Below, one piece after another: positions 37,457 to 49,776 of a stretch of 64,000 nucleotides of DNA. Position 1 is the first letter of the stretch, and every line of letters begins with the position of its first letter. Source of the DNA: Phoronis australis. Lineage: Eukaryota; Animalia; Phoronida. A model generated the notes under the pieces. It saw only the letters and a list, made by a program, of their open reading frames with translations. It was not told the origin of the DNA and did not search any database. The stretch lies in assembly GCA_002633005.1 (NCBI GenBank), contig NMRA01000181.1, positions 320,959 through 384,958 of the forward strand, in the 5' to 3' direction. A program made the translations under genes and the position numbers.

Positions 37457-39271
37457 GTATGTTTTGTTTAAAGTTTTTTGAGCTTTGCGAAACAGCATAC
37501 CTTAATATAGCTTAGAAGCGCTTCTATTTAAAGTCAAAACAAACGAAACTCAAAAATAATAATTTGTGCAATACAGACAAAAAGGAAACATCGTGCGAAA
37601 CTCGTCTTACGAAACGCAGCCTGTACTTGGGACATGGAAACTATGATGCACATATGAAATGGAAATTGCATATCTAATCGATACATTTAAGGGTGTGTGG
37701 GTATCCTTGGATGTTTTACATTCCTGTTTTCCTTTATAGAAATTTGTAATTGTTTAGAGGAAGCCTCCTTAAACCTTGCACCATGCACATTACTAAGCAA
37801 CACCAGACTAGACTCATAAATTATTCGAAACTTAACCAATGTCATCGAATGATTCGAGTACAGAGTTGTAAGTTTATTCAAAGCGTGCCACTCAAGTTTT
37901 CACTTTTCGACTTGAGCCCCGAGTACAGAAATACATAGAGATGGCCAGGATCCAGGTATTCTGTTACGATCGAAGTCTGCAAAAGCTCCCCAAGGGGTCT
38001 CTCGGAAAAGTCAGCATTTCATCGATGTGGCTGCATTCCAAAAAGATACCCCAGGGGTCTTTCGGGAACAAATAGTGGAACAACATCTGAGACTTACATG
38101 ACCGCCTGCGGGGCTCTTATTCGGCCATGGTCTTTTTTTTAAAGGAGCGCTTCTTTTTATCAGCAACTTGGCTAATGTAGCACCAGTCTTCCGATACTTT
38201 TGCATAGAAATATTTTAATTGTCATTTTAAACAAAAAACCCGGAAACTATTGACATTTTCTCCTGCCTAAATCCTCCACAAAAACTGTGAGGAATCCATA
38301 TTCTAAAATCTTTGAGACGCCCATGCCCTTATGGAAAGGATTGTTCTAAAAACAACCCTGGACCCCCACAACCCCTTGACCCACGACCTCTCGAGCAACA
38401 ACCCCCACGACCCCCTCGACCCACAAGCTGTGGCAATAGATTTTTACACAATTCATAATCATATTACATTGATGACTCCAGCATAACGCTTGAGCCTGAA
38501 CTCGAAATCTCTAAATGATATCTAAATGTTCTCAAACCAAGATTGACGAAAAGGGCGACTTAATGAAAACATAGTGTGAAAGAAACTTTAGACCACTGGT
38601 GAGAATAACAATTTTAAAATTCTCAAGTTTTCCAATTTTTCACTTCCCATCCCAAAGACCATTTATTAAAAGAAGAAATAATATGTTTTAAATTTGATAA
38701 TCATTGTAGAATACATCGAAAGAATTAGTAGATATACGGTAGTTCAAGATATATTGAGGCTGGACTTTCAAAGTTTCAAGCGTCTTTTGCTGCAATAAGG
38801 TTGCAAGCAACATATCTTTAAATGACACACTTGATGGCTGAGTGATAGGAAATGTTCTTGTTAGAGTATGATCTTACATTCGAGTGATATAGGGCGAGTG
38901 CATGTGTAGGAGTAGTTCAGAGAATTAAGTATTATGTAATACACCCCCAACATGAGGAATTTTAGTAATTGTTCAGTATATCCTGCTATGATTCATGTAT
39001 GTCACTATATAAGTGTATGATCGCATGCATTTTAAAAAACTCAGTAGTATCAGTAGAAGAGTATGTAATAAAACTATTATCCTCCATCAGACTAGTATTA
39101 TCCTTAGACAGCATACTAGCACTGCATCGCGCATTCAACGTTCTTAACCGAACAGAATGCCTTTCACTGCTAGCACATTAACAGTTCTGTTCCGGAAATA
39201 TTTTCAAACTATCGCGTGAATCTTTGAATCTTTCATTTCTATAGCTGTTAAAATTAGTCAATTAGTGTTAA

Positions 39272-39344
39272 AGGAGAATGCCACTGAAAAAACAACGTAT
39301 TTTGTATCAGTCTATATTGAGTAGTTTCACTCGTTAACAGCAAA
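39272..39344 (-). mobile_element. Kolobok terminal fragment at the position of the first unit's micro-exon
   Basis: TTAA-AGGAGAATGCCAC..tattttgtatca..gagtagtttcactcgttaacagcaa matches the terminus at 8413-8484. Confidence 0.7.
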
Positions 39345-40218
39345 TTCCTATAATGTAATCGTCACTTATGTTTATTTATTATCTTCCAAACTACACTTGC
39401 GGTTTCATTGTCCTCAGAACGCATTTGGGGGATTATTTTGAGTAATACTGACTTTTGAAGTTATTTCGTTAAAAGCATAGCAGTGAAACATCAACGCCAG
39501 TTGTGTTTCTATGATTCAATTTGGAAACGCAGATTTTTCACAAAAGAATCCAGTCAACGTGATCTAAAATTGAAACCTCAGAAGGTGTGTGCTGATATTT
39601 TCTTTCTTTCGGACGGTCTTAATGTCTCGTTAAATCCATTATTCACGAATTTAGGGAGCAATGCAGAGCGTACCTTGAGCCAACAATGAAAATCTTCTTG
39701 AGGCGTTTCTTAGGAGTAAACAATGACTATTAGACTGGAGGTTACCACATTCAGCATATTGGAGGTCTGTTTTGACACTAATTTGCAACACATGGTATCA
39801 GAAAGTTCTCAAGCCAGTATTGTGGAAATGGATAGTTTAATGAAAAAATAATGTGAAAGAAACTAGCTAGAATAACAATTTTAAAAATACAGAATTATCT
39901 GAAAGTTATTGGCTAGTTAAGTTCACTTCCTCACCTTTTACTAAAAGAAAATATGAAACGTGTATGAAATTTGATAATCACTATAACTGTAGTGGAAACA
40001 GTTAGTAATGTAGTAGTTCAAAATATATTGAGGCTAGACTTCTCAAAGTTTCAACTGTCTTTTATTGCAATATGGTTGCAAGTAACATATTTTCTTTTAA
40101 ATGACGAACGCGCTGGATGAGTGAAACATTTTCAAAGTGTCACGTGAATCTGGATCTTTCATTTCGAAAGCCGTAAAAATTATTCGATTGGTGTTAATTG
40201 ATATCCTTTCGTTCACAG

Positions 40219-40248
40219 CTACAACAACTGTCATTTCAACGAAAGCGA
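40219..40248 (+). CDS. Micro-exon A (30 nt): xTTTVISTKA
   Basis: cctttcgttcacag|CT ACA ACA ACT GTC ATT TCA ACG AAA GCG A|gtgagt. Confidence 0.75.
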
Positions 40249-42253
40249 GTGAGTAGTTTTAAGTTCTTGATGTTGCTTCTTCTCTATTTCTGATACGAGT
40301 TTTGTATTTGGGTTGCAACAGTCTGCAGTTAAACGTACCACGGTGCACGATTTGCTTGCATTGACCATCTAGATTTTTTGACCATTACTATAATGTAATT
40401 GTCCCAACTGTTTAGAAAGTGTCTTTCAAACGACACGTTCTATTTTATGGTCGAAAGAACGCATTTGGGGAAATATTTTGTGTGGGGCTGGCGTTATTAC
40501 GTTAGGGCATAGCTATAAAATATTAGTGACTGTTGTACTTCTATGATTGTATTTGGAACCGGCAGTGGCGGATCTACGGGGGGGGGTTCAGGGCGTTTAA
40601 ACCCCCCCTCGGGCCAGGACCCAAAAATTAAAAAAAAAACAAAAGCATCTCCAGCAAAACAAAAACGGCACCGCCAGCGTGTGTAAACCCCAAGTAAACC
40701 AACTTGGAAAAAATTGAGGGGGGGNNNNNNNNNNNNNNNNNNNNNNNNNNNNNNNNNNNNNNNNNNNNNNNNNNNNAGTAAAGTTGTCTTGCGCAATATC
40801 ATACAGTGTACATGTACATGTAATATTGTGTACATGTACATGTAATATTTTTGAAAAAAATTCTTTTTCCGAAGAATTGCTATTGTGGCGGGCGCCGTGG
40901 TCTGGTCGCGAATCCGTTTGAAGACACACTCTATAACAAGTTATGTCTATACAAAGAATGACCAATGGGGCACTCACATTGAGAAAGTGACCGCATTCGC
41001 GAAAAGTTTACAGTACCAGAAATTGCGGGGAGGCTGTTCTTTCACAACAAAGTCTTGCGGGACTCGTGCGATGTTCAATAGGCCTCCTAAGGAGCCCTAG
41101 TTCCGACCTCAACACCTACCGTCTGTCTACCTGCAATAACCACACTACCGTCTTCTATACTGGGGATTTCCGCAGAAAGGCTCACCCGATGAAACGCTCA
41201 TGCCCATGGGCATTTATTTGATATTAGTACTTCGGGTTTCAAGCGTTCAGACATTGGGACGTTTATTTCGAAAATTGCAAGTGATGCAAATAGGTCCTGG
41301 GATGCTTCGTCAAAGTTTGAAGTAGTCCATGATGAACGGGTCAAATTTAGTTGCCCATGTAAGTCTTTTGAATGGACTTGGCAACCTCGAGGGTCTTAGT
41401 GTCAACTGAGCTGCGAAACGAGATGCTGACATTGTAGAGGCTTACAAGCTGCAAGCGTTGGGAACAAACATCGAAGATATCTGGGTAGAATGGTTCCAAA
41501 ACGAGCAAATCATTGGATCCGATATACAAATTCCTCGGCAGTCTAGACAACAGAAGGATAGGACTAACGTATGAGTAACCACTGGGGATTAAAATTTTAG
41601 AGAGAAGTTTTCAATTCAAAATTTTTTGCATAGTACACTTTAGGTCTCGCGACGGACCAGGCCAGCTTGATTTATGTAGATGTTTAGTTTCAGAGTACTT
41701 CTGGTCCCTCGGCGAGCTAGTCTTGTGATTTTTTTTACCAAAGTGTGCTTTGTAAAACTATTTATCTCAGCCAGTACTGTTTGGTCCCGCGACAGATCGA
41801 CTATTTTATAGGGATAATAAGCACAGGTGTACTCTTGGTCTCGTGACGGACCAGGTCAGCTTTTTGTGTACTCTCAGTGTACATCTGATCCCTCTGCAAA
41901 CTAGTCCAGTGTATCTTCTCACCACTGTGCACAGGATGTTTTGGTTTCGTGAAACTGTTTTCAGATGATTTGTTTCCTGATAGATTTGACGTTTTTCAAT
42001 CAGTGACGGATCTAGTATATCGCAAGGGGGGCCCAACATTTTGTCCGTCTATAAGCATTTGCGTAAACCACGATTGTAGATGCGCAGAGCAGCGAATGGG
42101 GGGAGGTCGGGAGGGGTCAAACCCCCCTCCCACTCAGGAAATTTTTCTGTTTTTTCCTCTAAAAATCAAGCATTTTCCTTGATTCCTGAAGTATTATCCA
42201 AGAAAAAATAAAAAAATAAAAAAAAACGGAGGACGTGTCAAACAGGAAAAATG

Positions 42254-42324
42254 CAAGCCACCAGAGATTCGAACTCTCAATCTAGCGAACAGAGCGCGCA
42301 TGCTTAACCACTACACCATCACGC
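42254..42324 (-). pseudogene. tRNA-like sequence (SINE head or pseudo-tRNA)
   Basis: The minus strand gcgtgatggtgtagtggttaagcatgcgcgctctgttcgctagattgagagttcgaatctctggtggcttg has A and B boxes and a T-arm, but the acceptor and anticodon stems do not pair well. Confidence 0.5.
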
Positions 42325-42663
42325 TTTAAAGGCGAAGGCAACCTTTTTCCATGTCATTTTGAGCTAAAATAAGGTTGGTTGGTTATCCTAGACATATTTT
42401 CCACTTAATTACAGCTTTTCGTAATTTTATTAATTACTCGTCCGCTACTCCGGAAGTGACGTTTTAGGAGGCAAGCGTTTCCCGCCACTTGGTTTTGCGT
42501 TGACTTTACCGTGCGAATCTGTCCTATTCTACTTTTGTTTTGTGCTGTTTTTCAACAATTGTCGCCACCACTTTTCATCGGCGAGTATTCTGCGGCGAGA
42601 TAGGTTAGTAGAGAACTCAACTACGTTGGATTTAGGGAATGTTTAGTGTGTTGTAAGCTGAAA

Positions 42664-42957
42664 ATGGCTGGAGTCGGTGACCCGTATCACAGTGACAGTA
42701 TTGTGAGTGACGGAGACCTTCTTCACAGCAGTGGTGACGAGGATTTTTTCACGGACATTCAGTGGGTGGGTACATGTTTGAGCCCGAGTATAACGAGACA
42801 GAGTACGCACAGGCACAGAGAGAAACGAGGCGGCTACTGAGGACAGACGTGGTGACACATCTTGGTGCAAATGCACTGTGTGCGTTGTTATGCCTACCTC
42901 AATGGAATGCTTGTGCTGTTCAGAATTCGACGAGGCCAAGCCACTACTGGACATGGT
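42664..42957 (+). pseudogene. KolX (P2X7 C-terminal Cys-rich-like) 5' fragment
   Basis: Acidic N-terminus, GYMFEPEY, then DTSWCKCTVCVVMPTSMECLCCSEF; frameshifted and truncated. Confidence 0.8.
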
Positions 42958-43741
42958 TAAGTGGACCTCCGGCATACCACGGACAGAGGAACAACTGTCC
43001 CACTTGCCAGAGTGTCCCGCGACACACTCCCATTGGATGGTAACCTGAGCACACAAACTACTTACATCGTGTCGTGTGACTCCCTCGCCACACACCTGGC
43101 ACCTTCTAAATAGCTCCAACACTTTAGACAAGTCCACAATAAACTTATCAAAGTTTGGCTCACCGATCTGTTCACTGGACGACGAACTGTCCTCTTCACT
43201 GGGTGTCGAACTGAGCTGTAATCACTCCCACTACTCAATATCGCTGCAGGGGTGGAGGCTCTGGGCTGGAGAAAACAGCACATTGCGAATCACTACTGGT
43301 TCCAGGAATTGCACAATCTGGGGTACGTTCGGAGGCACGGATGACAGAAGATGAAGTGCCTCCACTGGCTCCAGTCACTGTACTGGCCACAGCTCGCGAG
43401 GCTTCTCGCTTCAAAAACGCACTTCTCGGGGGTGGCGACGGGGCACTGCCGGGAATCAACACAGACGGAATGGCATCCTTCTTCAGGCGTTGTTTCGCAG
43501 GGACCTTCATCAATTCAGCGTACAAATCCCTTTCGTAATCGGACGGCAGAAAGTGCTTGCCACACACACGGTAATTCTCCACTGCTTTGTACGTTGCGTG
43601 GACGGGTAACGCTGCGTTCTTCACACGAACGAGCCAAGTACGGCGAAGTGTGTCATCCATCGGAAAGCGATGCAAAGGTACTCCCAAAGCGCGCGTGAGC
43701 CGATAATTAGTACATCCCGGTACGCAGCAACAGTGTGGCAT
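42958..43741 (-). pseudogene. Kolobok transposase N-terminus: THAP domain plus Cys/His motif, DDE core deleted
   Basis: MPHCCCVPGCTN..LHRFP..RRTWLVRV..RVCGKHF..LKKDAIPSV (43235-43741), followed in another frame by LELFRRCQVCG..WECVAGHSGKWDS. Confidence 0.85.
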
Positions 43742-45901
43742 GTTGACTGACTAGTAAATGAAAGCAAACGACGACGGAACTTAACACAACCGAGGTAGAA
43801 AAATGACTGACTCGGCAGCTCTCACAGCCAGACTATATGAAAAGAAATTGGCGCGAAATGCTTGCCTCCTAAAACGTCACTTCCGGAGTAGCGGACGAGT
43901 AATTAATAAAATTACGAAAAGCTATAATTAAGTGGAAAATATGTCTAGGATAACCAACCAACCTTATTTTAGCTCAAAATGACATGGAAAAAGGTTGCCT
44001 TCGCCTTTAACTCCTATCTGCGTACTAAGAAACCTACTTGTTTATGGTCCACAGCGTTTGCGCGCGAAACTTACTTCTTTTTGTAATGCTTATTACAAGT
44101 TTTATATTTTGTGCAATCGGTTCTTAACAAATTTGTTGTATTTAAAATGCCCAAAAGACCAAATCCGTTTTTCGTGTTGGCAATAATGACGAGATTGCTT
44201 AGGAAATCGTCTTAAGTTAAGGTTTGTCAAAGAGAGAATTATGAGTTTTTGAGTGATTCATTAAGGCTTCGATTTAAATTCACTTGTTACCAGCAGGTTC
44301 TGTTTTTTCATCGTCACTCAGGTTCCATTTTCTTTAAAAAATGAAGTAAATTTTCTTCATTGCACAGTGGAGCAGTGCGCAGCGCCACTGCCGGTCGCCC
44401 GGGATATCGCGGGAGAGCCTATACTTAGCCACAGTTCCGTTACGAATAAGCCCTGTTCCGAATTTGACACTTGAAATTGGATCTGAGCTCCCCCCTACCC
44501 CCAAACACTAAAACTGCACACATTTAAAGGTTGTTTCATCCGTATAATTTTAATTACCGGGGTTAATTAATAAACTCAACATTTCCCTACGCTCTTGCTG
44601 TTTTATTTTTTGCGGCAGCCAAAGAGGGTGGGGGTGGGCCTCCTGGCCCCCCTAAATCCGCCTATGTCAATTGTTGTTAACGTGATTCATCTTAATAAAG
44701 TGATACCTAATTATTTATTGTCGCTTTTAATAATAGACTACGAGTTGAGAGCACCATCGTTCGCCAGTTTTTCTCCTAACGAGACGGAACACATTTCCGG
44801 ACTAACAGTACAGGTCTTCGTTCTTAAATAACTTGAGTCTGCTGTTACGCGATCATCTGATATTCAAGTTTTTACGCCCAGTCGGTGCTGCTTAATTATG
44901 ATCTTGAATATTTGGAAATTGTCTAAACCCCTGTATACACACCACACTTTTTCGTATACGACTTTTCGTATGCTAAAAAACGTGTGTGTAAGCAGATGTT
45001 CCAACAAAAATTTTTGCTGGTGGTGTGACCCATACCCAGATGTGCACAAATATGGTTTCACGAAACTTATGAGCCTAGTTCATGTGACAAAATCGAGAAG
45101 GGTTTTTAATTATCTTAAGAAAAACTCCAGAGACATGTTAAGTGCCAGAAACTTACCAGGGTGCATGGAAATTTCACTATTTGGCTACAAAAACAAAAAA
45201 AATGTCTTACACGAGAGGGGAAACCCCCCTCCCGAACTCCCCACGCTCGGCGCCACGAGCCTAGGATTCGACCTTGGCGGGAATACTAAACCCCCCCTTG
45301 GTGAAAACGTAGATCCGCCACTGCCGCGGATTCCCCATGCAAATAGAATTACAGCCAAAGTTATTTAAATACGAAGTCTCTAGAGCTGTGTAGCTTGAGC
45401 CTACAGCGAAAATCCTCGTAAAGGGTTTTTTGTAGTAAAAAGTAGGGTGGAGGTAAGCAAATGTCGGACAATGGATGTCAATTTCAACGATGATTTACGA
45501 GATATGGTATCAGAAAGTTCTCTAGTCAATTTTGAATATTCTTAAAGTTATTCGCTAATTAAGTTCACTTCCCATCACAAAGACCATTTACTAAAGGAAA
45601 TTCATGAAATGTATTTCAAATTTGATAATTATTATCAAATAGGGTGGAAAAATTAGTAGATATGCGGTAGTTTACTATATATTGAAGTTGGACTTCTTAA
45701 AGTTTCAATTGGCTTTTGTTGCAAAAAGGTTGCAAGTAACATTTTATCTTTTAAATGACAAATTTGATATACATGTATGAGTGGTAGGAGATGTTTTCTT
45801 CTGGAAACATTTTCAGAGTGCCACGTGAATCTTTGGATCTTTCATTTCGATAGCTGTTAAAATTAGTCGATTGGTATTATCTGTTATGTTTTTCTTCACA
45901 G

Positions 45902-45931
45902 CTACGACACTAGCTAAGTCAACAAGAGCAG
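45902..45931 (+). CDS. Micro-exon B (30 nt): xTTLAKSTRA
   Basis: tttttcttcacag|CT ACG ACA CTA GCT AAG TCA ACA AGA GCA G|gtgact. Confidence 0.7.
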
Positions 45932-46977
45932 GTGACTAGCATTTAGTTCTTTTTGTTGCTTCTCTTCTGTTTGTGGTAGGAAACTTGTATTTGCGAAGCA
46001 GTTGCTTTGTTGCCACTGTCAGAAGTTCAAACGTACCTCGATGCGCGATTTAATGTGTTGAAAGTCGGGCATTTTGTTAGAATTACTGTAATGTAATCGT
46101 CACAACTATTTATGAAGTATCATTCAAACGACAAGTTCGGTTTTATTGTCAAAGACACCCATTTTGGGGGATTAGTTTGAATAGAACAGGCTTTTTGAAG
46201 TTAAAGCACAGCGGTAAAATATCAACGCCAGTTGTGTTTCAATTTTTGATCTTGGAAACACGGATTCCACACAAAGGAGGCCAATCAACGTAATCTAATA
46301 TCGAAACATCTGAAAGTGTCTTCTTATGATATTTTCTTTCTTTTGGACGGTCCAAATGGCTCGTTTCAATATATTATGAATGAACTTAGGTACTACTAGT
46401 GCGTAACTTGAACCGACAACGGAAATCGTTTCTTCAGAGTAAAAGATGAACGTTAGACTGGAGGTTACCCAATTTAGTATACTGGAGGTCAATTTCAAAA
46501 ATAAGTCGCCACATACAATATCAGAAAGCTCTCAAGCCACTATTGATGAAATGAGTGATTTAATGAATAATAGTGTGTGAAAGAAACTCTAGATCACTAG
46601 CTAGAATAACGATTTTAAAAATACTGAATTACCCTAAAGTTATTGGCTAATTATGTTCAACTCCCCTCAAAGTGACCATTTACTAAACGAAATTATGAAA
46701 CGTGTTTGAAATTTGATAATCATTATAAACTTAGTGGAAAGAATTAGTAGATTTATGGTAGTTCAAGATATATTGAGGCTGGACTTCTGAAGATTTCAAC
46801 TGTCTTTTACTGCACTAAGGTTGCAAGTAACATATTTTCTTTTAAATGACGGACTTAATGGATGAGTTATGGGACAGGTTCTCAAAGTGCCACGTCAATC
46901 ATTGAATCTTTCATTTCTATAGCTGCTAAAATTAGTCAGTTGTTGTTATCTGTTATCTGTTATCTATTCGTTCATAG

Positions 46978-47007
46978 CTGCAGTAACTGTTAACTCAGCA
47001 ACAGCGG
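46978..47007 (+). CDS. Micro-exon C (30 nt): xAVTVNSATA
   Basis: tctattcgttcatag|CT GCA GTA ACT GTT AAC TCA GCA ACA GCG G|gtgagt. Confidence 0.75.
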
Positions 47008-47379
47008 GTGAGTAGCTGAATATTCTTGAAGTTATTCGCTAATTAAATTCACTTCCCATCACGAAGACCATTTACTAAAGAAAATTGATGGAATGTATTT
47101 TAACTTTGATAATCATTATCAAATAGAGTGGAAAAAAATAGTAGATATGCAGTAGTTTACTATATATTGAAACTGGACTTCTCAAGTTTCAACTGTCCTT
47201 TATTGCAATAAGGTTGCAAGTAACATACTTTCTTTTAAATAGCGAACGTGCTGGATGAGTGATTAGAAATATTTTCTTTCGGAAACATTTTCAAAGTGTC
47301 ACGTGAATCTTTGGATCTTTCATTTCGAAAGCCGTAAAAATTATTCGATTGGTGTTAACTGATATCCTTTCGTTCACAG

Positions 47380-47409
47380 CTACAACAACTGTTATTTCAA
47401 CGAAACCGA
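47380..47409 (+). CDS. Micro-exon A' (30 nt): xTTTVISTKP
   Basis: cctttcgttcacag|CT ACA ACA ACT GTT ATT TCA ACG AAA CCG A|gtgagt. Confidence 0.75.
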
Positions 47410-48456
47410 GTGAGTAGTTTTAACTTCTTGATGTTGCTTCTTCTATATTTCTGATACGAGTTTTGTATTTGGGTTGCAACAGTCTGCAGTTAAACGTACC
47501 ACGGTGCACGATTTGCTTGCTCTGACCATCTAGAATTCTTGACATTTTGTAGCCATTACTATAATGTAATTGTCCCAACTGTGTATGAAGTGTCTTTTAA
47601 GCGAAAAGTTCTGTTTTATGGTCAAAAGAACGCATTTGGGGAAATATTTTGTGAGGGCTGGCGTTAGTAAGATAGGGCATATCTCTAAAATATCAGTAGC
47701 TGTTGTACTTCTATGATTGTACTTGGAAACGCGGATTCCTCATGCACATAGGATTACAGCCAAAGATATCTAAATACGAAGTCTCTAAAGCTGTTTGTGT
47801 ATGTTTTTTCTCTTTTGGACAATCTAATGGCTTTTTTCAGTGTGTTGCGAATGAACTAAGGTAGTGTGCCAAGTGTAGCTTGAGCCCACAGCGAAAATCC
47901 TCGTAAAAGGTTCTTTTTCACAGCAAACAATAGGATGGAGGTTAGCAAATTTCGGACAACGGATTTCAGTTTCAACCATAATTTACGAGATATGGAATCA
48001 GAAAGCTCTCAAGTCAATGTTGATGAAATGGGCGATTTAATGAAAAAATATTGTGAATGAAGCTTTAGATCACTAATAAAGGTAACGTTTTTTAGAAATT
48101 CTAAATTTTTGTAAAATTATCCGCTAATTAATTTTTTTCCATCCCAAAAACCATTTACTAAAATATATTAATTGATGCAATTTATTTTAAATTTGATAAT
48201 CTTTATAAAATCTAATGAAATGAATTAGTAGACATAATGTAGTTCAAGATATTGCTTCTGGGTTTGCAATGTTTCAAATGCATTTTGCTGCAATAAGGTT
48301 GCTTGAAACATGTTCTTTTAAATGACGAGCGTGCTGGCTTATTGACAGGTTATGTTGTTTTGAAACGTTTTCAAACTATCACGCAAATCTTTGGATCTTT
48401 CATTTCGATAGCTAAAATTATTCAATTGGTGTTAATTGTTATATTTTGGTTCACAG

Positions 48457-48486
48457 CTACGGCACCAGCTCAGTCAACAAAAGCAG
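48457..48486 (+). CDS. Micro-exon B' (30 nt): xTAPAQSTKA
   Basis: attttggttcacag|CT ACG GCA CCA GCT CAG TCA ACA AAA GCA G|gtgagt. Confidence 0.75.
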
Positions 48487-49746
48487 GTGAGTAGTGTTAA
48501 AATATGAATGGCTGTTGTGCTTCTATGATTGTATTTGGAAACGCGGGTTCCTCATGCACATAGAATTACAGCCAAAGTTATTTAAATACGAAAACTCTAG
48601 AGCTGTGTAGCTTGAGCCGACAGCAAAAATCCTCGTATAGGGTTTTTTTTGTAGTAAAAAGTAGGGTGGAGGTAAGCAAATGTCGGGCACTGGATGTTAA
48701 TTTCAACCATAATTTACGAGATATGGTGTCAGAAAGCTCTCAAGTCAATTTTGAGGAAATGGGAGAGAAAACAATTTACAAATTTTGAATATTACTAAAG
48801 TTACTATTCGCTAATTGTGTTGAAAGTCTGGCATTTTGTTAGAATTACTGTAATGTAATCGTCACAAATATTTATGAAGTATCATTCAAACGACAAGTTC
48901 GGTTTTATTGTCAAAGACACCAATTTTGGGGGATTAGTTTGAATAGATCAGGCTTTTTGAAGTTAAAGCACAGCGGTAAAATATCAACGCCATTTGTGTT
49001 TCTATTGTTGATCTTGGGAGCACGGATTCCACACAAAGGAAACCACTCAACGTAATCTAATATCGAAACATCTGAAATTGTCTGCTTATGAAATTTTCTT
49101 TCTTTTGGACGGTCCAAATGGCTCATTTCAATATATTATGAATGAACTTAGGTACTAATAGTACGTAACTTGAGCCGACAACGAAAATCGTTTTTTCAGA
49201 GTAAAAGGTGAATGTTAGACTGGAGGTTACCCAATTTTGTGTACTGGTGGTCAATTTCAAAAGTAAGCCGCCACATATAATATCAGAAAGCTCTCAAGCC
49301 AATATAGATGAAATGGGTAATTCAATGAATAATAGTGTGAAAGAAATTATAGATCACTAGCTAGAATATAACGATTTTGAAAATACTGAATTACCATAAA
49401 GTTATTGGCTAATTATGTTCAACTCCCCTCAAAGTGACCATCTACTAAAAGAAATTATGAAACGTGTTTGGAATTTGATAATGATTATAAACTTAGTGGA
49501 AAGAATTAGAACATTTATGGTAGTTTAAGATATATTGAGTCTCGACTTCTCAAATTTTCAACTGTCTTTTACTGCACTAAGGTTGCAAGTAACATATTTT
49601 CTTTTAAATGACGGACTTAATGAATGAGTTATGGGACAGGTTCTCATCCTGAAACATTTTCAAAGTGTCAGAAATCTTTGAATCTTTCATTTCTATAGCT
49701 GCTAAAATTAGTCAGTTGTTGTTAACTGTTATCTATTCGTTCACAG

Positions 49747-49776
49747 CTGTGGTGACTGTTAACTCAGCAACAGCGG
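49747..49776 (+). CDS. Micro-exon C' (30 nt): xVVTVNSATA
   Basis: tctattcgttcacag|CT GTG GTG ACT GTT AAC TCA GCA ACA GCG G|gtgagt. Confidence 0.75.

Larger units (their letters stand above)
42330..44006. mobile_element. Young internally deleted Kolobok transposon
   Basis: TTAA TSDs (42326-42329, 44007-44010); ~150-bp nearly perfect TIRs starting AGGCGAAGGCAACC; convergent KolX and THAP-transposase 5' parts fused at ~42955. Confidence 0.92.
42001..44666. mobile_element. GC-rich TIR element with 5-bp TSD hosting a Kolobok
   Basis: TCAAT-[cagtgacggatctag...ctaaatccgcctatg]-TCAAT. Confidence 0.65.
40561..45325. mobile_element. TIR element interrupting an array unit, containing further nested insertions
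   Basis: ggcagtggcggatctacg ... cgtagatccgccactgcc; removal restores the unit motif tttggaa(a)cgcggattcc. An N-gap lies inside, so the pairing of the ends is not certain. Confidence 0.65.

Noticed and set aside
38860-39190. Extra sequence in the first array unit as a host exon
   Set aside because: The minus strand shows LYHSNVRSYSNK, resembling the start of a LINE endonuclease; probably a small decayed insertion.
40497-40977. ORFs containing X runs (also 55906-56299)
   Set aside because: Artefacts of translating through assembly gaps.
42254-42324. Functional tRNA gene
   Set aside because: A and B boxes are present but the acceptor and anticodon stems do not pair; it lies inside a TE.
43235-43741. 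Domesticated host THAP transcription factor
   Set aside because: Enclosed by near-perfect TIRs with TTAA TSDs and followed by frameshifted transposase sequence.
40219-49776. CRISPR-like repeat/spacer array
   Set aside because: Eukaryotic context, ~1-kb units, the 30-mers are homologous to one another, and no cas genes are present.
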